Part shown: in pieces, positions 63,778-64,000 of the stretch
How the letters are laid out: each line of letters opens with the position of its first letter
How positions within the stretch are numbered: position 1 is the first letter of the stretch
Source of the DNA: Lama glama
Lineage: Eukaryota
DNA: 64,000 bases
NCBI GenBank assembly: GCA_028534125.1
Contig: CM052818.1
Coordinates: forward strand, 39,744,001-39,808,000
Reading direction: 5' to 3'
The notes under the pieces: model-generated
Database searches by the model: none
Told to the model about the DNA's origin: nothing
The model's input: the letters and a program-made list of their open reading frames with translations, nothing else
Program-made: the position numbers and the translations under genes

Positions 63778-64000
63778 GGGTCTTTGTGTCATAAGGATGT
63801 TCTGTGCTTTTGTGATGACTGAATATGTTCTTGATTTTTATTTCTCTTTAAACAATATAGCATTCATTCTCTTCTTCCAGTGCACAAGACAAAGACAATG
63901 AGCCAGGAAGAAATTCTGACTGTTGGGGCTAAGTTCTTGCTTTAAATTCAGACTGCTTGAAGAAAGTCTGGAACCTCACAGGTGGCTGGTGAGATGCAAT

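Overview
Mammalian genomic DNA containing the complete OSR1 (odd-skipped related 1) locus on the + strand. The repeats are MIR, L2, L1, MaLR/ERVL LTRs and hAT-Charlie elements. I saw no Alu, B1/B2, CHR, Bov-tA or Can-SINE, and the L1 tail at ~1.3-1.7 kb looks cetartiodactyl-like, so the lineage call is tentative. OSR1 has a non-coding exon 1 (~9085-9363), coding exon 2 (13829-14528, ATG at 13861) and exon 3 (15285-~16225, stop 15418-15420). The spliced CDS is 804 nt, giving a 267-aa protein with three C2H2 zinc fingers. The gene lies in a CpG-island-rich, transposon-poor domain (~4-20 kb) with a 100-N assembly gap just upstream of the promoter. About 3 kb past the OSR1 poly(A) signal is a second CpG-island promoter with three perfect CRE palindromes plus NRF1/ETS/GC-box motifs and no protein-coding gene after it. 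By recall this matches the human MIR4757/LINC01376 position, and it is the most interesting item here. The remaining ~44 kb is gene desert with ancient, often nested repeats and a few repeat-free, motif-rich blocks that may be distal enhancers. Apart from OSR1 and decayed L1 fragments, the ORF track looks like noise. I found no evidence of a novel multi-gene system, CRISPR array or tRNA/rRNA gene. Repeat family names come from recognition by eye and repeat boundaries are approximate.
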